DNA from: Phaeosaccion multiseriatum
Taxonomy: Eukaryota; Protista; Ochrophyta, other classes
Direction of reading: 5' to 3'
DNA length: 64,000 bases
NCBI GenBank assembly: GCA_965112735.1
Contig: OZ218955.1
Span: forward strand, 2,108,001 to 2,172,000
The position numbers were made by a program, and so were the translations under genes. The notes under the pieces were generated by a model, which worked only from the letters and a program-made list of their open reading frames with translations, ran no database searches and was not told the DNA's origin. The stretch's first letter is position 1. Every line of letters starts with the position of its first letter. Below are positions 47,101 to 64,000 of this stretch, one piece after another.

Positions 47101-47962
47101 GGGAAAGAGGGCACTCCATCTCCATAGCACAAGGTGTGATACAAAAGAGAGAAGGGAGAAGATAAAAGCAGCACCACAGCCACAGGCACCAACCAGAGTA
47201 CGATGTAAGCCTACCTCTCTCTCTCTTTCACGGCTCGGCTCGGGCCAGGCAAGGGGCCGAGGACGGGGGGGGGGGGGGCGGGGGGGAGGGGGTGATCGAG
47301 GAGCAAAAGGTGAGGGAGAGGATGAGGCCCACGCTTAGCGAGAGCACGCTCGGCCATCGGATCCATAGATACATACACTCAATGCAATGGAGTCTCTCTG
47401 GTCCATGTTGCTTTCCTTCCCCCTCCGGGACTCGACTCTTGGGTTTACTCACTGTGGGACGTAACTCACTCGGGGGCGGGGGTTGGTGCTGGCAAGACTG
47501 CGAACAAGCCCACCGGGGAAGGTGGGGAGAGAGAGGGTGGGGAGGAAGGCAGTGGATGATCGGTGATGAAGGTGGGGAGAGGCAGTCAGTGGATGGTCGG
47601 TGATGGACGTGTTACGAAACTACTCGTGGAAGGTCAAAGGTAAAGATTCGCCTTTTGTTGTTTTGTTTCTTCTTCTAACGAGCCTCTGGCTCCCACCCAC
47701 CACCCACTAGCGATCACCGAACACTCGTCCACCTCGGTGCGCCAGTGAAGCAGTAAGGCAGTGAAGTGAAGAAAGATAAGGCTTGCGTGCTCTCTGCCGC
47801 TCCGCCTCTGAATGTAACGACAAGTAACGGTCGAATGAGTCAGACACCACAAAGTGCCGGTTTCACAAAGCCAAAACACACAACAAATGCAGCATCCCCC
47901 CTCTCTCACACACCATACCACACGCATGAATCAAAAACGGAGAGTGAGTGACTGATTCACTT

Positions 47963-49255
47963 TTATGTTGCCGTCTCCATTGCAGCAGCGGCCGCAGGAA
48001 GGGGAGACGCAGCAGGCTCTGCAGCAGGAGCAGGTGTAGCCTCTACAGGCGCCTGTCCCCCGCTGTCTTTGCTGCTGTCTCCAGTAGCCAAGCTGTGGCC
48101 GTTCTCCCCCTTCCCACCTGCTGCGTCTGCCGCGCCTGCTGCGCTATCCCCCTCCCCGCCCTCGCCGGCCTGGAGTATCCTGCGAGACAGAGCGGCGGCG
48201 GTGGCTGCTGCTGCTTCTGCTGTAGTGCCTGTGTTGTTCGTGCTTCCTCCCCCTCCCGGTGTGATCTCCCCCTCCTCGGCTTCGCTCTCTGCTCGGCTGC
48301 GCTTGGCGGAAGGCTCGTCTCTGCCCCTCTCTCTTGAGCTTCCTCTGTCCCGCTCCTTGTCTCTCTTACGGCTCTTTCGCTCGTGCTTGCGATCACCGTG
48401 TTTCCTGGAGTGGTGCTTCTTCCGCTTCTTGGAGCTCCTACTGCTGTGCTTCCGGCGGCTGCTCTTCTTCCGACTCCTACTCCTGCTGCGACTCCGGCTC
48501 CGACTGCCCCCCCCTCCCCTCCCTCCGCCCCCGTCGCTCCGGCTGCGGCTGCTGGACCGGCTGTAAGAGCTCCTGCTCCGAGAGCGGCTTCTACTGCCTG
48601 CCCTCCCCGCCCCGCCCGCCCCTCCTCCTACACACACCTCGCCCTCCTCTGCTGCCTTGGCTGCTGCAGCGGCTCGGATCTCCTCCTGCCGCTTCGCCCG
48701 CTTGTCCGCCTCTGCCTGAAGGAGCCCCATGTGCTCCTCGAACATTGCCTTCGATGGGTAGGTACATCGCAGAGGTCGATAAAACAAGAGTGAGAGGGGG
48801 GGGTGAGCGTGTGCGTGTGTGGGTGGGGGTGGGTGGGTGGGGGTGGGTGGCGTGCGTGAGGGTTGAATCGCCTGGGTGCCTCACTACCTCGCTCGTCCAC
48901 TGCCATTCACTGCCTTACTCTCTCACTGCCTCACTGCCTTACCTTTGCTGCCTCCTCGGGGGCGTTTCTATACGCAGAGTGGCCAGACAGCTTCTGCATC
49001 GCCTTCTCCCACGAGTAGCCCACCTACACACACGCACGTTGCGCGCGCACACAAATGCCGCAAGTAGGGCAGACAGGAACAGGAGGGTAAGAGAGAGGGC
49101 CAGTGTCAAGAGTGAGGGGCAAGAGGGAAAGACAGAGCGCCAGGTTTTAGGGTGACATGTGGCAGGTGAGAAAAAGGGGTAAGCAGCAGCAGCAACAACA
49201 GCAACAACAACAGCAACAACGACAACAACAACAACATAAAAAACAACAACATAAA

Positions 49256-49317
<62 letters not shown>

Positions 49318-52300
49318 TCACAAAAACTGCGTTGTCCTGACGGACGGACGGACGGACGGACGGACTGACTGACTGGCTGACTGACTGACTCACATGGTCA
49401 CTCCTGTAAAAGTAGTCGTCCAGCAGCAAGCGGAAGGCCTTCTCCATCCTCTCCCGCTGCCGCTCCTCCTGCCTGCGCAGAGTGATCGCCTTATCCAGCA
49501 GGGCGTCAAAGGCGAGCTGAATGTTCACAGGTCGTGCCGCCGTCATGATTGTGTACGGGCGTGCAATGCTCATGTCCTTTGCAGCGGGGGGGCTCTTGTT
49601 GCTGTGGTCGCCGGCATTACTCCGGTCCGACTTTGATCCATCTTCCCTGTTCTTGTTTCCTTCTCTCTCCCCCCCCTCTCCTCCCGTATCTCCTCCGCTC
49701 TTCTCCTTGTCCTTCTCCTCCTGCTCCTGCTGCTCCTGCTGCTCCTGCTTGATTCGCCTCTCTTCTCTCCTATTCTTGAGCGTCTCCTCCACCTGCGCAT
49801 CCTCCGATGCTTGCAAGGCGGCGGTGAAGTCCTTTATGGTCGACTCCGGCTTGACAACAAAGCCTGCTTTTGCAAGCATCTTCTCAAGCTGCCTCTTGTC
49901 GTCTCCGAACTGCTTGCGCAGGTCGTCGAGGATCTCGTCAAACACGTCTCTCCGGTCGGTGCTGGCCATTGCGTGCTTCTCCATGACTGTGTAGGCGGGC
50001 TCGTGCTCGATGGCAGGCTTGAGCTCGGACCACTTGGTGTCCGCGGTGATCATCCCACCCTCCACCTGGGCGTACATGGTACACAGCAGTACACAGTACA
50101 CATATACACAAAAGCGTGGCCACAAACCAAGGCAAGCAGGCAACATGAAGGCAGTTTAGCTTGCGTGTGTGTCGCACACTGACTGGCGCCGGATTCCTGA
50201 CTGATTGGCTGATTGACAATACTATCTGACTGACTGCCTGACCATCGACCTCCCTTCCTTCCTTCCTTCCCTCCGTGACTGCCTGGCTGACTGACAATCG
50301 ACTTCCTTCCTTCCTTCCTTCCTTCCTTCCTTCCTTCTTCCCTTCCTTCCTTCCTTCCTCCCTTCCTTCCGTCCTTCCTTCCTTCCTTCCTTCCGTCCTT
50401 CCTTCCTTTCTTCCTTCCTTCTTCCCTTCCTTCCTTCCTCCCTTCCTTCCTTCCTTCCTTCCTTCCTTCCTTCCTGCCCGTATGACTTCCTGAACGCACC
50501 TTGGTGCGCAGGAACTGCCTGAACTCCTCCCGCTGCTGCCATTCCAGCGCGAGTTGCACCTCCCTCTCCCTCTCCTTCCGCTCCTCCTCGTCCCTCTCCA
50601 GCTCGCCCACGTAATCGAGGAAGGCCGAGCGCTGGTGGCCCTCGTCCAGCTCGATGAAGAGCTCGCGCTCCTTACGGTTGGCCAATCGCAGTACCAAGTC
50701 GCTCACCTGCACAGAGCAGAGACAAGAGGGGGGTCCAGTACGTCAAGGGGGGATGGAGGGCACGACAAAAGGTTTAGGCGCAGCATGCGAGGACATGACA
50801 CTCCCCGGCAAGTGCTGAGCAGAGCAGTGCTGCCCATGGGGTGGGGGAGGGGGCTCCTGCCTCCTTCCATTCTTTCCCACGGAAATCTGACCGACTGCCT
50901 GCATCGACTGAATGTCTTAGACTGCGTAGACTGACGGACTGACTGGCTGCCTCCATCCATTTACCTGCGACCACTTGGTCTTCCACGTGATGCCCAGTTC
51001 CGGGCACTCCCTCAGGAAGCGACGAAAGGCCTCCAGGGCTCTCTCTATCACCGCCCTCCTCGCGTCCTTCTCTGACTTATTGAGCTGCGCCACAAATTCC
51101 ACAAAGTGCTCCTCCCTCTCTCGGTCGTCCTCGATGGCCAAGAAGCGCTGGTCCGAGCCCAGCATATCCTTGGCTTCTGACCAGCGGGTGCTGCCCGTGA
51201 TCTTGTCGTTCATGGCGAGCATTTGCACAAACTTCTTGGCAGCAATCGCCGCCGCCTTTCGCTTCTCTGTTATCCACACACACCACACGGTCGGGGAAGG
51301 GAGGGAGGCCATGGGGCGAGCAGAAAGACGCACGAGGAGGGGGGGGGGGCGATTCCACAGCCGCTCAGACGGAGATTTGTAGCAAATGGCAGCGGCCACC
51401 ATAAACTGACACTTCCCCAAAGTCTTTGAGTACATTCCCGAAAAAAACGAGCGGTACTCTTGCCCCCCCCCCCCCACACACACACACACAACTCCCCTCT
51501 TTACTCCACTCTACCCTCCTCTACGCACCCGTCTTCTCCTGCTTGGCTCTCTGCGTCTTGTACTCCGTGTGAGCCTGTCGCTTGGCCCCCGCCTTGAGGG
51601 CCGCCCAAATGGGGTGCCCGCTGCACAACTTCTGCACCTCACTGAAGCTGAGCTTGGAGCTCACGTCACAGTCCGCTAGCATCTGCTTGAAGGCCGCCAC
51701 GGCCTCTGCGTGGTTGGCGAACTTGGTTTTCACTGCCCCCGCCCCTGCCGCCGCTACAGCCCTCGCCGCTGCCGCCGCTTGAGCAGCCCCTGCTGCTGCC
51801 CCTGCTGTTGCTCTTGCCCCTGTCCCTGCTCCTGCTCCTGCTGTTGCTGCTGCAGGAGCATTGTTCGCGACCGTCACTGGCGGCGCTGCTGTTGCCGCTG
51901 CGACAGGAGCCGCGTTTGACACCCCTCCGGCGACCGCTGCAGCTGCTCCCAAGCCCTTCATCTGATCAGAAGCTGCAGACCCGTTAGCTACTGTGGCCGC
52001 CGCGGCCTGAGCCTGAGCGGCTGCCACGCTGTCGGACGCGGCGCCAGGAGGCAGACTGCCCTTGGCTTTGCGGGCTTTGGCGGCAGCGACTGCCTCCTCG
52101 TAGGCAACCAACTCGGGAGGCTTGACCCATACAGAGTTGACCCCGTCGCTGTAATATGCCTTGCCGTTGGGGCCTGTGTACGTCTTCCATTTGCAGGGGG
52201 GAATACCTGCCTTCTTGTCCTCCGACGCTTGCACCACCGGCGGCTTTTCGTACGTGCTCACCTGTTGAGTGAAAGGTAGAGGGGGGAGTGGGAAGGATAC

Positions 52301-52997
52301 AAAGGGCTCGTTATGAGGGTGACGGGTGGTGCAATGGTGAGGTGATGTGCTCAGCTGAGGGTGTAGGGTGCGGCTTCACGGCGGGGGGGGGGCGGGGGGG
52401 GGGGGACAACAATTCACCGACCTTTGTGACTGCATTGTAATAGTAAGGCCGACCATCGGGGGACTTGTAGGTTCCCCAATCCTCCGCACGGGAGCCAGGA
52501 GCCCCCCCCCCTGGCACTGCTGCTGCTGCCGCCGCTGCTTGTGGCTGCTGCTGCTGCTGGGGCTGCTGCTGCTGGGGCTGCTGCTGCTGCTGCTGCTGGT
52601 GCGTCTGTTGGTGTTGCTGCATGTGCTGCGGCTGCTGCATACGCTGCTGCTGCATTTGTTGGTGGTGCTGCTGCTGCATGTGTTGGTGGTGCTGCTGCTG
52701 GTGTTGCTGGCCCTGTTGCATTCCCATACCCAGGCCAGGCCGAGCACGTCCACCACCCATCGCGGTCGGCTGCTGCTGTTGCTGCTGCTGCTGCTGCGGC
52801 TGGGCCTGCTGGCCCCATCGATTTGGCCTTCTCCCAGTGGGGGCACTGCTACCGCTTGCGGAAGCCCCTGCTCCCGCTCCTCCCGCTCCCTGTAAGCCAC
52901 CTGGCATCGACAGGCTCGGCGCCGCGGCCGCTGGGGTCTTCACCACCCCAGCTGCAGTCACAGGAGCTGCGGCCTCTGGCCCTTTGCCCGACGTCAT
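47963..52997 (-). CDS. PRP40: Pre-mRNA processing factor 40 (WW + FF domains, RS tail)
   Basis: WW1 DWGTYKSPDGRPYYYNAVTK|VSTYEKP; WW2 KWKTYTGPNGKAYY..SVWVKP; FF repeats (AFKQML.., ITGSTRWSEAK, ITWKTKWSQ, ITADTKWSELK); C-terminal RS/K-rich tail with EEGEI; 7 exons. Confidence 0.9.
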
Positions 52998-53776
52998 CCA
53001 AGCGGGGAGGGTCTGCGCTCGCCCGCGCCCCCCTCCTCGGCCGCGGCCCGCCTGTTATCGCACAGAGAAAGCAGTACGAAGGAGGAGTGGGAGGGGGGAG
53101 GGAGGGAGGGGCAGAGACGCGCAACGGAGGCGGGCGGCAAGGCATTGAGGGGGGCGGTAGAAAAGTGGGGAGCGAGTGGCATTCCCCTCGTCGGGAGGGG
53201 CAGGTCTATCAGCATGGCAAGTGAGAGAGGTGGCGGTCAGTGGAGAGAGAGAAAGGCGAGGGGGAAGACGGGGGGGAGAGGGCGGTAGGGACGCAAGGAT
53301 TTGATACAAGTTACGGGTCGCACCCACACCAACCATACTGCAGTGGAAACTCTTAAAGGATCCATAGAAACAGTACAAGCACAGTATGGGGAAGCAGAAG
53401 GGCAAGAGTCCACCTCTAGATTCGAATAAACCCCCCACCGTCCACGCCAAATTTGATCTCACCATGGTGATTCAGCACCAGCAAGCGCAGTGCGGCGAGT
53501 CTCCCAGCACTGGACACGAAGAACCTTGGCGACTCGCCAGATGAGTTTCTATAAGAAGCGGTTGTAAATAGAGAGAGAGAGAGAGAGTGGGAAAGGGACG
53601 GGGATGGTGTGAAAAACCCGCACCCGCTGGGGAAGCTCGATTTTTTTCGTCTACTACATCGAATTTTAATTGACTCCATCTATTTTTTTTCCTTCCATCC
53701 CCTCCCGCCCCACCCCTTCCTCTCCACTTCAAAGCCAACCTTTAAAGACTATTAAATAATAACCCGCAGCCCTACT

Positions 53777-56252
53777 TCACCCATAACGATTCTTCGTCTC
53801 CTTCTTTCTCTCCTCCGCCGCAAGCTCCTCCTCCGTCAACGGCCGAGGCTCGAAGGTCAGCGACGCCCCATTGAGGCAGTAGCGCAGTCCCGTGGTGGCT
53901 CGAGGTCCGTCTGTAAACAAGTGCCCCTCATGCGCTCCGCACTTACTGCACGCTACCTCCATCCTGTTGAACATGAGGCCTTGCTCGATGTTCTCCTTCA
54001 CAGCCTCTTCTCGCACGGGCCCGTCGAAGCTGGGCCAGCCCGTGCCAGAGTTGAACTGTTTGACGCACACAAAGTACGTGGGTCGTGGTCATGGCCATAG
54101 AGTCAAGCAGTTGCGCCGATCGATTCGGGGGGGGGGGGGGTGAGGAAGAGGATGAGGAAGAGAAGAGGGGCGGGGGGGGGGGGAGGTAGAGTCGTAAAGA
54201 GACGTATCTATCGCACAACCCTGCTCGAGCCCTTTCCCCCTCTGGAACTCTCACGCACACACACATACATAGGGAGAAGCTTACTTTGCCCCTCTTCTTC
54301 TCTCCTGTCTCAACACAGCCCAATACAGTTTGGCATTGCACCCGCCACCGACCTTGGAGGCGGATGTGAACATCTCCTGGCCGCAGCTCGCGCATTTGTA
54401 CACACCCTCCCGCTTCTCATAGTTGTACATGCTGGGAGAGTGAGAGAGTGAGAGAGGGGGAGAGGGTGAGAGAGGGGGGGAGAGAGGGAGAGGGTCGGAG
54501 AGTGAGGCACAATATGTAAGTAGAGGTCGCAGGCGGAGGCAAAGGCGGAGGCGGAGGGGGGGTGGGGAAGGAGATGATGAGTGGTGGAGCGCGAGTCATG
54601 CATAGGGAGCACGGCAAAGTGTGCGGCTGTCTCCCTCCCCCACCCCCTCAACCCATCCCTCACCCTAGCCCTCTCCTCCCTCCCTGTGTCACACACCTCG
54701 TCCACGCCAGTTCAGTCCCAGAAAGACGCATGACGTAATACTGCAGGGGGTTCAGCAGCTTGCCGCCCTTGCCCTCAGCATCGCCCGCCTTCATCACAGG
54801 GATCTCCGCCAGCAGGTCCGAGTACGCTCGCTTGGGAGCGTCGGTCTCGGCAATGACCTGGCGGCGCAGCGGGACGAATCAGCGAAGGGGATAGGAAGGA
54901 CAAAGGGAGGGTCGAGCTTCAGAAGTCGCAGGAGTCATTTCTGTTGTTCTCCTTCAATCCAGGAGCGACCCCCGTCCGCCGTCGCTTTCGAACGGAGCGC
55001 GACGAACTAACTAACCTCCACGACCTTCCCTCCTTCTCCTTCTGTTCGAGACTCCGCGAAGGCGGCCACGGCCAGCTTGGCGACCTGATGGGATGGGCAG
55101 ACAGACAGGCAGACAGACAGGAGACAAGAGAGAAAAGAGAAGCAAGAGCCAAGACAAGAGGGATAGAGAGGCAGACAGGCAGACAGACGCAGAGACAGTT
55201 CGCAATCGCAAGGGTGGGAGAGACGGGAGGGGGTGCTGTGTGAGGTGCCCACACCGGCACGATGTTGGCAATGCTCCACGCACCTGCAGCCGGCTGACCA
55301 GCCCCCCGAAGGTAGAATCTGAGGGCATTAGTTTGGCATTGTGAGTGAGCTCGAAGTCGTCCTCGGGCTTCTCCATGCCCCCTGGCCGAATGATAGTGTA
55401 GGGGATGCCGCTTGCTTGCAGGGCCAGCTCCGAGTCGTGCTTGAACTGCCGGGGGGAGGGGAGGTGGGGGGGCTTGAGGGTCTGAGAGTCAACACCCATA
55501 GACGTTGATATTGGATGGGCCACCAACAGCCACGCTAACTGTCTAGCTGTGTATGAGTGACTCGCTGAGCCATCGCCTCACCTTGAGCACTCCCCAGAAT
55601 AGGTTCAGCACAGAGGCGGGGAACCCAAACTTGCCCGCGCCCAGCGACGACACTAACACGATGTGCTTCACGCCTCCGTTCTTCCTGCGGCACATCAGGT
55701 GCAGAGTAGCGAAAAAAGAGGAGTCAGAGGAGTTGGGCGGATGGCGAAGGCCACACCAACGCGTTTGTGCACCGTGCTCACTAACCTGGCCGCCTCGATG
55801 ACTCGCTGTGTCATGACCCCGTCCACTTTGTAGGGGCCGAGTGGGTTGAAGATGTCGGTCTCTAGAGCGCCCAGCGCAATAGCCACGCCATCACAGCCCT
55901 CCATGGCTTTGGCGATGGTCTCTGCGTCGGCGCTCCCCAAGTCCATCTCGACGACCTCTCCCTTGCCAGGCAACACGTCCTTGGCTTTCTCGGCGCTGCT
56001 GGGGCGGACGGCACACTTCACCGGAACCTTCTCGCCCACGAGCTGACTCACTATCCTCCTCCCTGATCTCCCTGTCGCCCCGGCAACGAAGACTTTCGTC
56101 GCGCCCATGGACATGTCCCCACGTCTTTTTCCCGTGCTCCGTCGACTACTCACAGCTCTGTTGCTGCGCAGCTGGAAGGCCTCAGTGGGTTTCCTGGCGC
56201 AGAAACCCGCCGCAACAAACAGCAGAGACAGAGGCAAGCGTGCTCGTCTCAT
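53777..56252 (-). CDS. msrB: Predicted plastid fusion protein: Tic62-like NAD(P)-binding Rossmann domain + peptide-methionine (R)-S-oxide reductase MsrB (~439 aa)
   Basis: Exons 56252-55786, 55684-55582, 55445-55284, 55084-55016, 54857-54697, 54431-54353 and 54055-53777 are all GT-AG, in phase and total 1320 nt. Tic62-like motifs: VFVAGATGRSG, GPYKVD, LVSSLGAGKFGFPASVLNLFWGVL, YTIIRPGGME, KVVEVIAETDAP. MsrB motifs: QYYVMRLSGTE, CASC, KFNSGTGWPSF, CSKCGAHEGHLFTDGP, RYCLN. Confidence 0.9.
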
Positions 56253-56399
56253 GGTGACCCCTCTCGTCGCGATCGCTCTATTCTTTTTAATTTTTTTGTC
56301 AGCGTTTTGCCTTTTGCTCACGTGTTTCGTGCACATGTTGGTGGTACTTTAGATTCACAGCTGGAACATCAAAAAAACAAAATCAAAAACATCAAAACC

Positions 56400-56707
56400 A
56401 TGGGCATGAGACGGCTCCTCGTGCCGGTGCTAGTTCTTCGGTCTGTCTGTGCTTTCCCTCATACTTTGTCTGTACAGAGGAGGCTTAGACTGAGGAGCGG
56501 GGCGTGTAGATGTAGTAGCCGCGGCGAAAAGGACTTCTTCGGCTCAGCAAGGCGGCTGTGGGGGGTACCTTCCTCCTTGTCGTCCTCCTCCTCCTCGGCA
56601 TCCTCCTCCTCCTCGTCATCCTCCTCGTCATCCTCCTCCTCCTCCTCCTCCTCCTCTTCCTCTCCGTCCCCCTCCTCCTTCTCCCCCTCCTCCTCCTCCT
56701 CCTCCTC

Positions 56708-56744
<37 letters not shown>

Positions 56745-58416
56745 TCCTTCCCTTATTCTGGAAGTACTGCGGCTACGCCTGAGAATGATCATCAAGCCAG
56801 ACCACCCCGGCTCGAGTCCGTCATCGCACCACAGGAGTGGGCAGGTTGGGAGTGCTCCTTCTCCTCAACATCTGGCGAGCGGCTGGCCATTGACGAGAGT
56901 TACGTGCCGGAAGCGCTGAAGGAGTGGGAGGTGGACATCTGGGGCTTCGAAACGCTGACGAGTGAGAGGGTCTTGCCCCCCGACGCAGACCAGCTTGACG
57001 CTGGTGTGGACGGTATGCTCTATCGAAAGCGAGGGAGGATCTACCCAGAAGGTGCGGGGGTTGTGAATGTACAAGGCAGGGCGCCTTACGCAGTACACTT
57101 TGCTAAAGGCTTGACTCACATAACGGACCCTCTGCGCCTCGCGTTCCCGTCATCACGTTGCTTGCTTCCCACGTGGCTGTGTTCAGCCGGGTGCGGACTC
57201 GACAACTTGTACGTGGGAGTGCACTCCTCCACGAGGGCGATTCGCATGCTGCCCAGAAAGGGGGAGCGAAGCCTCGGAAGCGGTAGAACAGGTATGGAGA
57301 GGCTGGTACATGGGTGTCAGGTGTCGCTAGTGCGGGGTGTCAGGTTGACAGCGAGGGTGAAAGGGAGGGGCATCATTCCGCTCGCTGAATGTAAAGTATG
57401 TTTTGTCTTTGTCTCGGGCACAGAAGCAAGTGGAGACATTCTCGAGATGGCCAGCAGTAGCAGCAGCAGTAGTAGCAGCAGCGGGGAGGAGGGTGGCGGA
57501 GGGACAAGCTTTACCCTGGACGAGGACAAGCCGTGGGCAACGCCACGGTTGTCTCTGGAGACAGTGCTGACAGGGGCGCTGCCCGGCTCTGCCAAGGAAG
57601 AGGGGCGGGTGAGAGTGGGGCTGACGGTTTCGCTGGACTCCTCCGCCTCAAAGGTGGTCATTATCGTCGCCCCAATCTCAGTCACAAGGGAGCGAGTGTA
57701 CGCCGACTTTAACGACGGGAGCGTGTACCAAGGTGAGAGAGGTGGGGGGTCCTGTCACCGGTGGAAGATGACGAGGGGCGGGGCTTGGGCCGAGAACAGG
57801 AACAAACGTCCTGAAGGAATCCATGAAAGTCCTTCCCTTCCCTTCCCCTTGGGGTACCCTGTGCCTTATCGCCCCATGTCTGTTCTACTTGCTTGCTGCT
57901 CCCACGGCTCTTACTCCGCTCCAAGGAGGAGGGCTCGACTCACGGACTGTAGGCAAGTTGCTGGCCGCCAAGTGCTTCTCCGAGACCGAAGAGCCCCTAC
58001 CCTTGTCCGAGCTCCCCCCTCCTCTCACAGCAGGAGCGGTGACCGCATCTGCCCGGGGAGGAGGAGATGGCAGCGGGGAAGGACGAATCGCCATGTCCAC
58101 GCTCACTGGAGGCAGGGAAGTAGGGGCGTCAGTCACATCAGCAGCAGCAGCAGCAGCAGCAGCAGCGGTTGGACCAGGTGCCTCGGCCTTCGCCTCCGCT
58201 GCAGGGGACGACTGGGCCTTGGAGAGTGCGGTGAGCATCGCAGGGGGCGTATACGTGAGGTGTTACCGGGCCGCCGACCACAGTGCCACCAGTGCGAGTG
58301 CTAGTGCCAAGGACGTCCTGCTGGAGGTGGGGTGGGCGGGTCGAGAGGTGTGTGTGCGACGCATTGACGGGGTCTCCGGGGACATCAAGGAGGTCGGATG
58401 GGCAGGGCGGTCATAG
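56400..58416 (+). CDS. Hypothetical plastid-targeted protein (4 exons), resembling uncharacterised plant plastid proteins with an EW.G..F...G....PE..VPEA..EW motif
   Basis: ATG 56400 with signal ..SVCA-F; exons 56400-57051, 57187-57291, 57424-57732, 57926-58416; motif EWAGWECSFSSTSGERLAIDESYVPEALKEWEV (family resemblance from memory). Confidence 0.7.
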
Positions 58417-59037
58417 ATGGGGATAGATTGGGCATCAAGACGAGGAGGGGTGGGTAGGGGGGTGATAGATAGATTGATAGATTTGACATCAAGACGACGA
58501 GGCGGATTGGGGAGGAGACACGGTTTGCTGCCTGCCGAGGATTTATGCTTCCAAAGCAGAGAGAGGTAGTGAGTGCTGCTGCCGCTGGTGAGCTTATGAG
58601 ACGCCAACACAAACGCTTCTCAGTCATGAGTGGGCCGTCGCCGAACCAGCTGACGAGGCAAGTTGTCGAATCTGTTGTGTTTCCACTTACTTCACACTCT
58701 GGCTCTATTGATTTTTAAAACTGAATCTTACACGTATACAAGAGTCAAGCAAGCAAGGGCTTCCTCATATCACTTCCCCCCTGGCCCTCCTCCTGGGGAG
58801 GGGCAGAGCCAAAGACTATTCACACATTCACACGCCATTGAAGCGCTGAGAACACACATGTACAGTTGGCTTTCTCCCTTCTCTCGATCTCTCTCGATCT
58901 CTCTTATTCTCTCTCTTACACGCACACACACTCTCCCTCTATTCTCTCTCTCTTCTCTCACACACACTTTCCTCTCTCTCTCTTTCTCTCTCTCTGTGTG
59001 TGTGTGTGTTTGGGTGGGAGGGTGGGTCCAACCCTGC

Positions 59038-62817
<3,780 letters not shown>

Positions 62818-63490
62818 GGTATTGATGCCCCCCCTTTTCCTTGTTAATGAGTCTTCTGTACTTGATGAGGGCTAGCTTCCGCAACACTACAGGCCTATCC
62901 CTCCCTCTACACCCAGCTTTCCCCTCTTCCGCGGCCGCTAATTGTCCCCTACTCCTTCAAGCGAGCAGCGATCACAAGGTTATGTCAGTGAGTCGCCTAC
63001 ACCATCCCGTGCAATTCTCTTGTCCGACGGCATAATCTGAAACGTGAATTTCCTGCCCGCCTTGTGTGCTTGTGCCGCGTGCCTTCAAAAGGACCACTGC
63101 GGAGCATTACAGCAAAGAACGCCAAAAAAACTGGAGAGTGATAGCGCCGAAGGAAATCCCGGGCTGCTCCTTACAAAGTCAAGGAAGTAACATCGTTCTC
63201 TGAGAGAGGTGGGCCCAAGGAGAGGGGAAGGGGTTTCTTCGAGGAGGTGGAGAGGTGCGATTGGAGGGCGTGGAGGGGAAGGGCGCAGGAGGAGAGCTGA
63301 GGAACGGGCTTGTCCGAGTGCTCCCAGTACTGCAGTACTGGCCACAAACAGAAGAGAAGGGGGGAGGGGAGACGGGGGGAGGAACATAGTGAAACCCCCC
63401 CCCCCCTTCTTTCTCCGTGCCCTTGCGGTACTCGGTTTGAGACAGGCAGGCGTCTCCTTGCCTTGCAGGGGCAGGCAAGAGGTGGGGTAA

Positions 63491-63967
63491 ATGGGGCAGA
63501 CTCTCTCTTTCTCGATCGACCTGATCCAAGCGAATGGGCCGGAGAGTTATTTGGGGGCGCTTTCCGATGGTGCGGCGCAAAGCCTGGCGACAGCTCTAGA
63601 GAAGAGCTTCGAAGACGCATTCCAGTCCCTCTGTGAGAAGGGGGGGGGTGTCGAAGAGGGGACTGAGAAAGGTATGCCGCCAGACGGGAAGGCTGCTCCT
63701 GTTGCTGCTGCCGCTCTGGCCTCCGTACTGGTGCAGCAGCTTGGAGTACGAAGGATTGAAGTGGACGACTTGCCAGTCTTGGCGGGCCTAAGCAAACGCC
63801 AAGCTGGCAACGGCAAAGACCAGGGGCAGAAGGAGAAATTGTCCCTGTACGTCCTTGGCGACACCTTCTTTGAAAAGAGAAGTCCGGCCGCGGCGGGGAT
63901 GCTGCAGCCGATCAACGACCCGAATAGTCAGGACGCGCAGGGGGCTGTAGGCACCAAGACCATCCTC
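63491..63967 (+). CDS. Partial exon of an unidentified gene continuing beyond the window
   Basis: Repeat-free ORF (MGQTLSFSIDLIQANG..) ending at a GTAAGG donor at ~63968; true start unclear. Confidence 0.45.
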
Positions 63968-64000
63968 GTAAGGTGTGTATGAAACTCAACTCGTCAAGGT

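Noticed and set aside
53876-53884. Possible selenocysteine MsrB
   Set aside because: The catalytic codon is TGC (Cys), not TGA
56307-58304. 665-aa single-exon ORF
   Set aside because: Reads through introns and leaves the true frame after 57732; the 4-exon model from ATG 56400 fits better

Overview
Eukaryotic, GC-rich, very intron-dense genomic DNA whose introns are packed with microsatellites. It is most likely a flagellated ochrophyte (stramenopile) alga, inferred from bipartite signal+F/Y plastid presequences plus an axonemal dynein; a eustigmatophyte is only a guess. Positions 1-30745 hold about 62 exons of an outer-arm beta-type dynein heavy chain (minus strand, running off the left edge). 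Then follow an SLC18B1-like MFS transporter (-), an intronless membrane protein (+), an intronless polyQ/coiled-coil protein with two RFx[VI] motifs (-), a PHT4/SLC17-like anion transporter (+), PRP40 (-), a predicted plastid Tic62-like NAD(P)-binding domain fused in-frame to a 1-Cys MsrB (-), a predicted plastid hypothetical protein (+), a cathepsin-L-like protease with a C-terminal ML lipid-binding domain (-) and a partial gene at the right edge. The two most notable observations are the Tic62-MsrB fusion, whose domain junction lies inside one exon, and a dispersed 12-mer (TGTATCACCAAC, at least 15 exact copies) polarised at intron ends, which sometimes forms the 3' splice site itself. All exon calls were made by eye; no searches were run.
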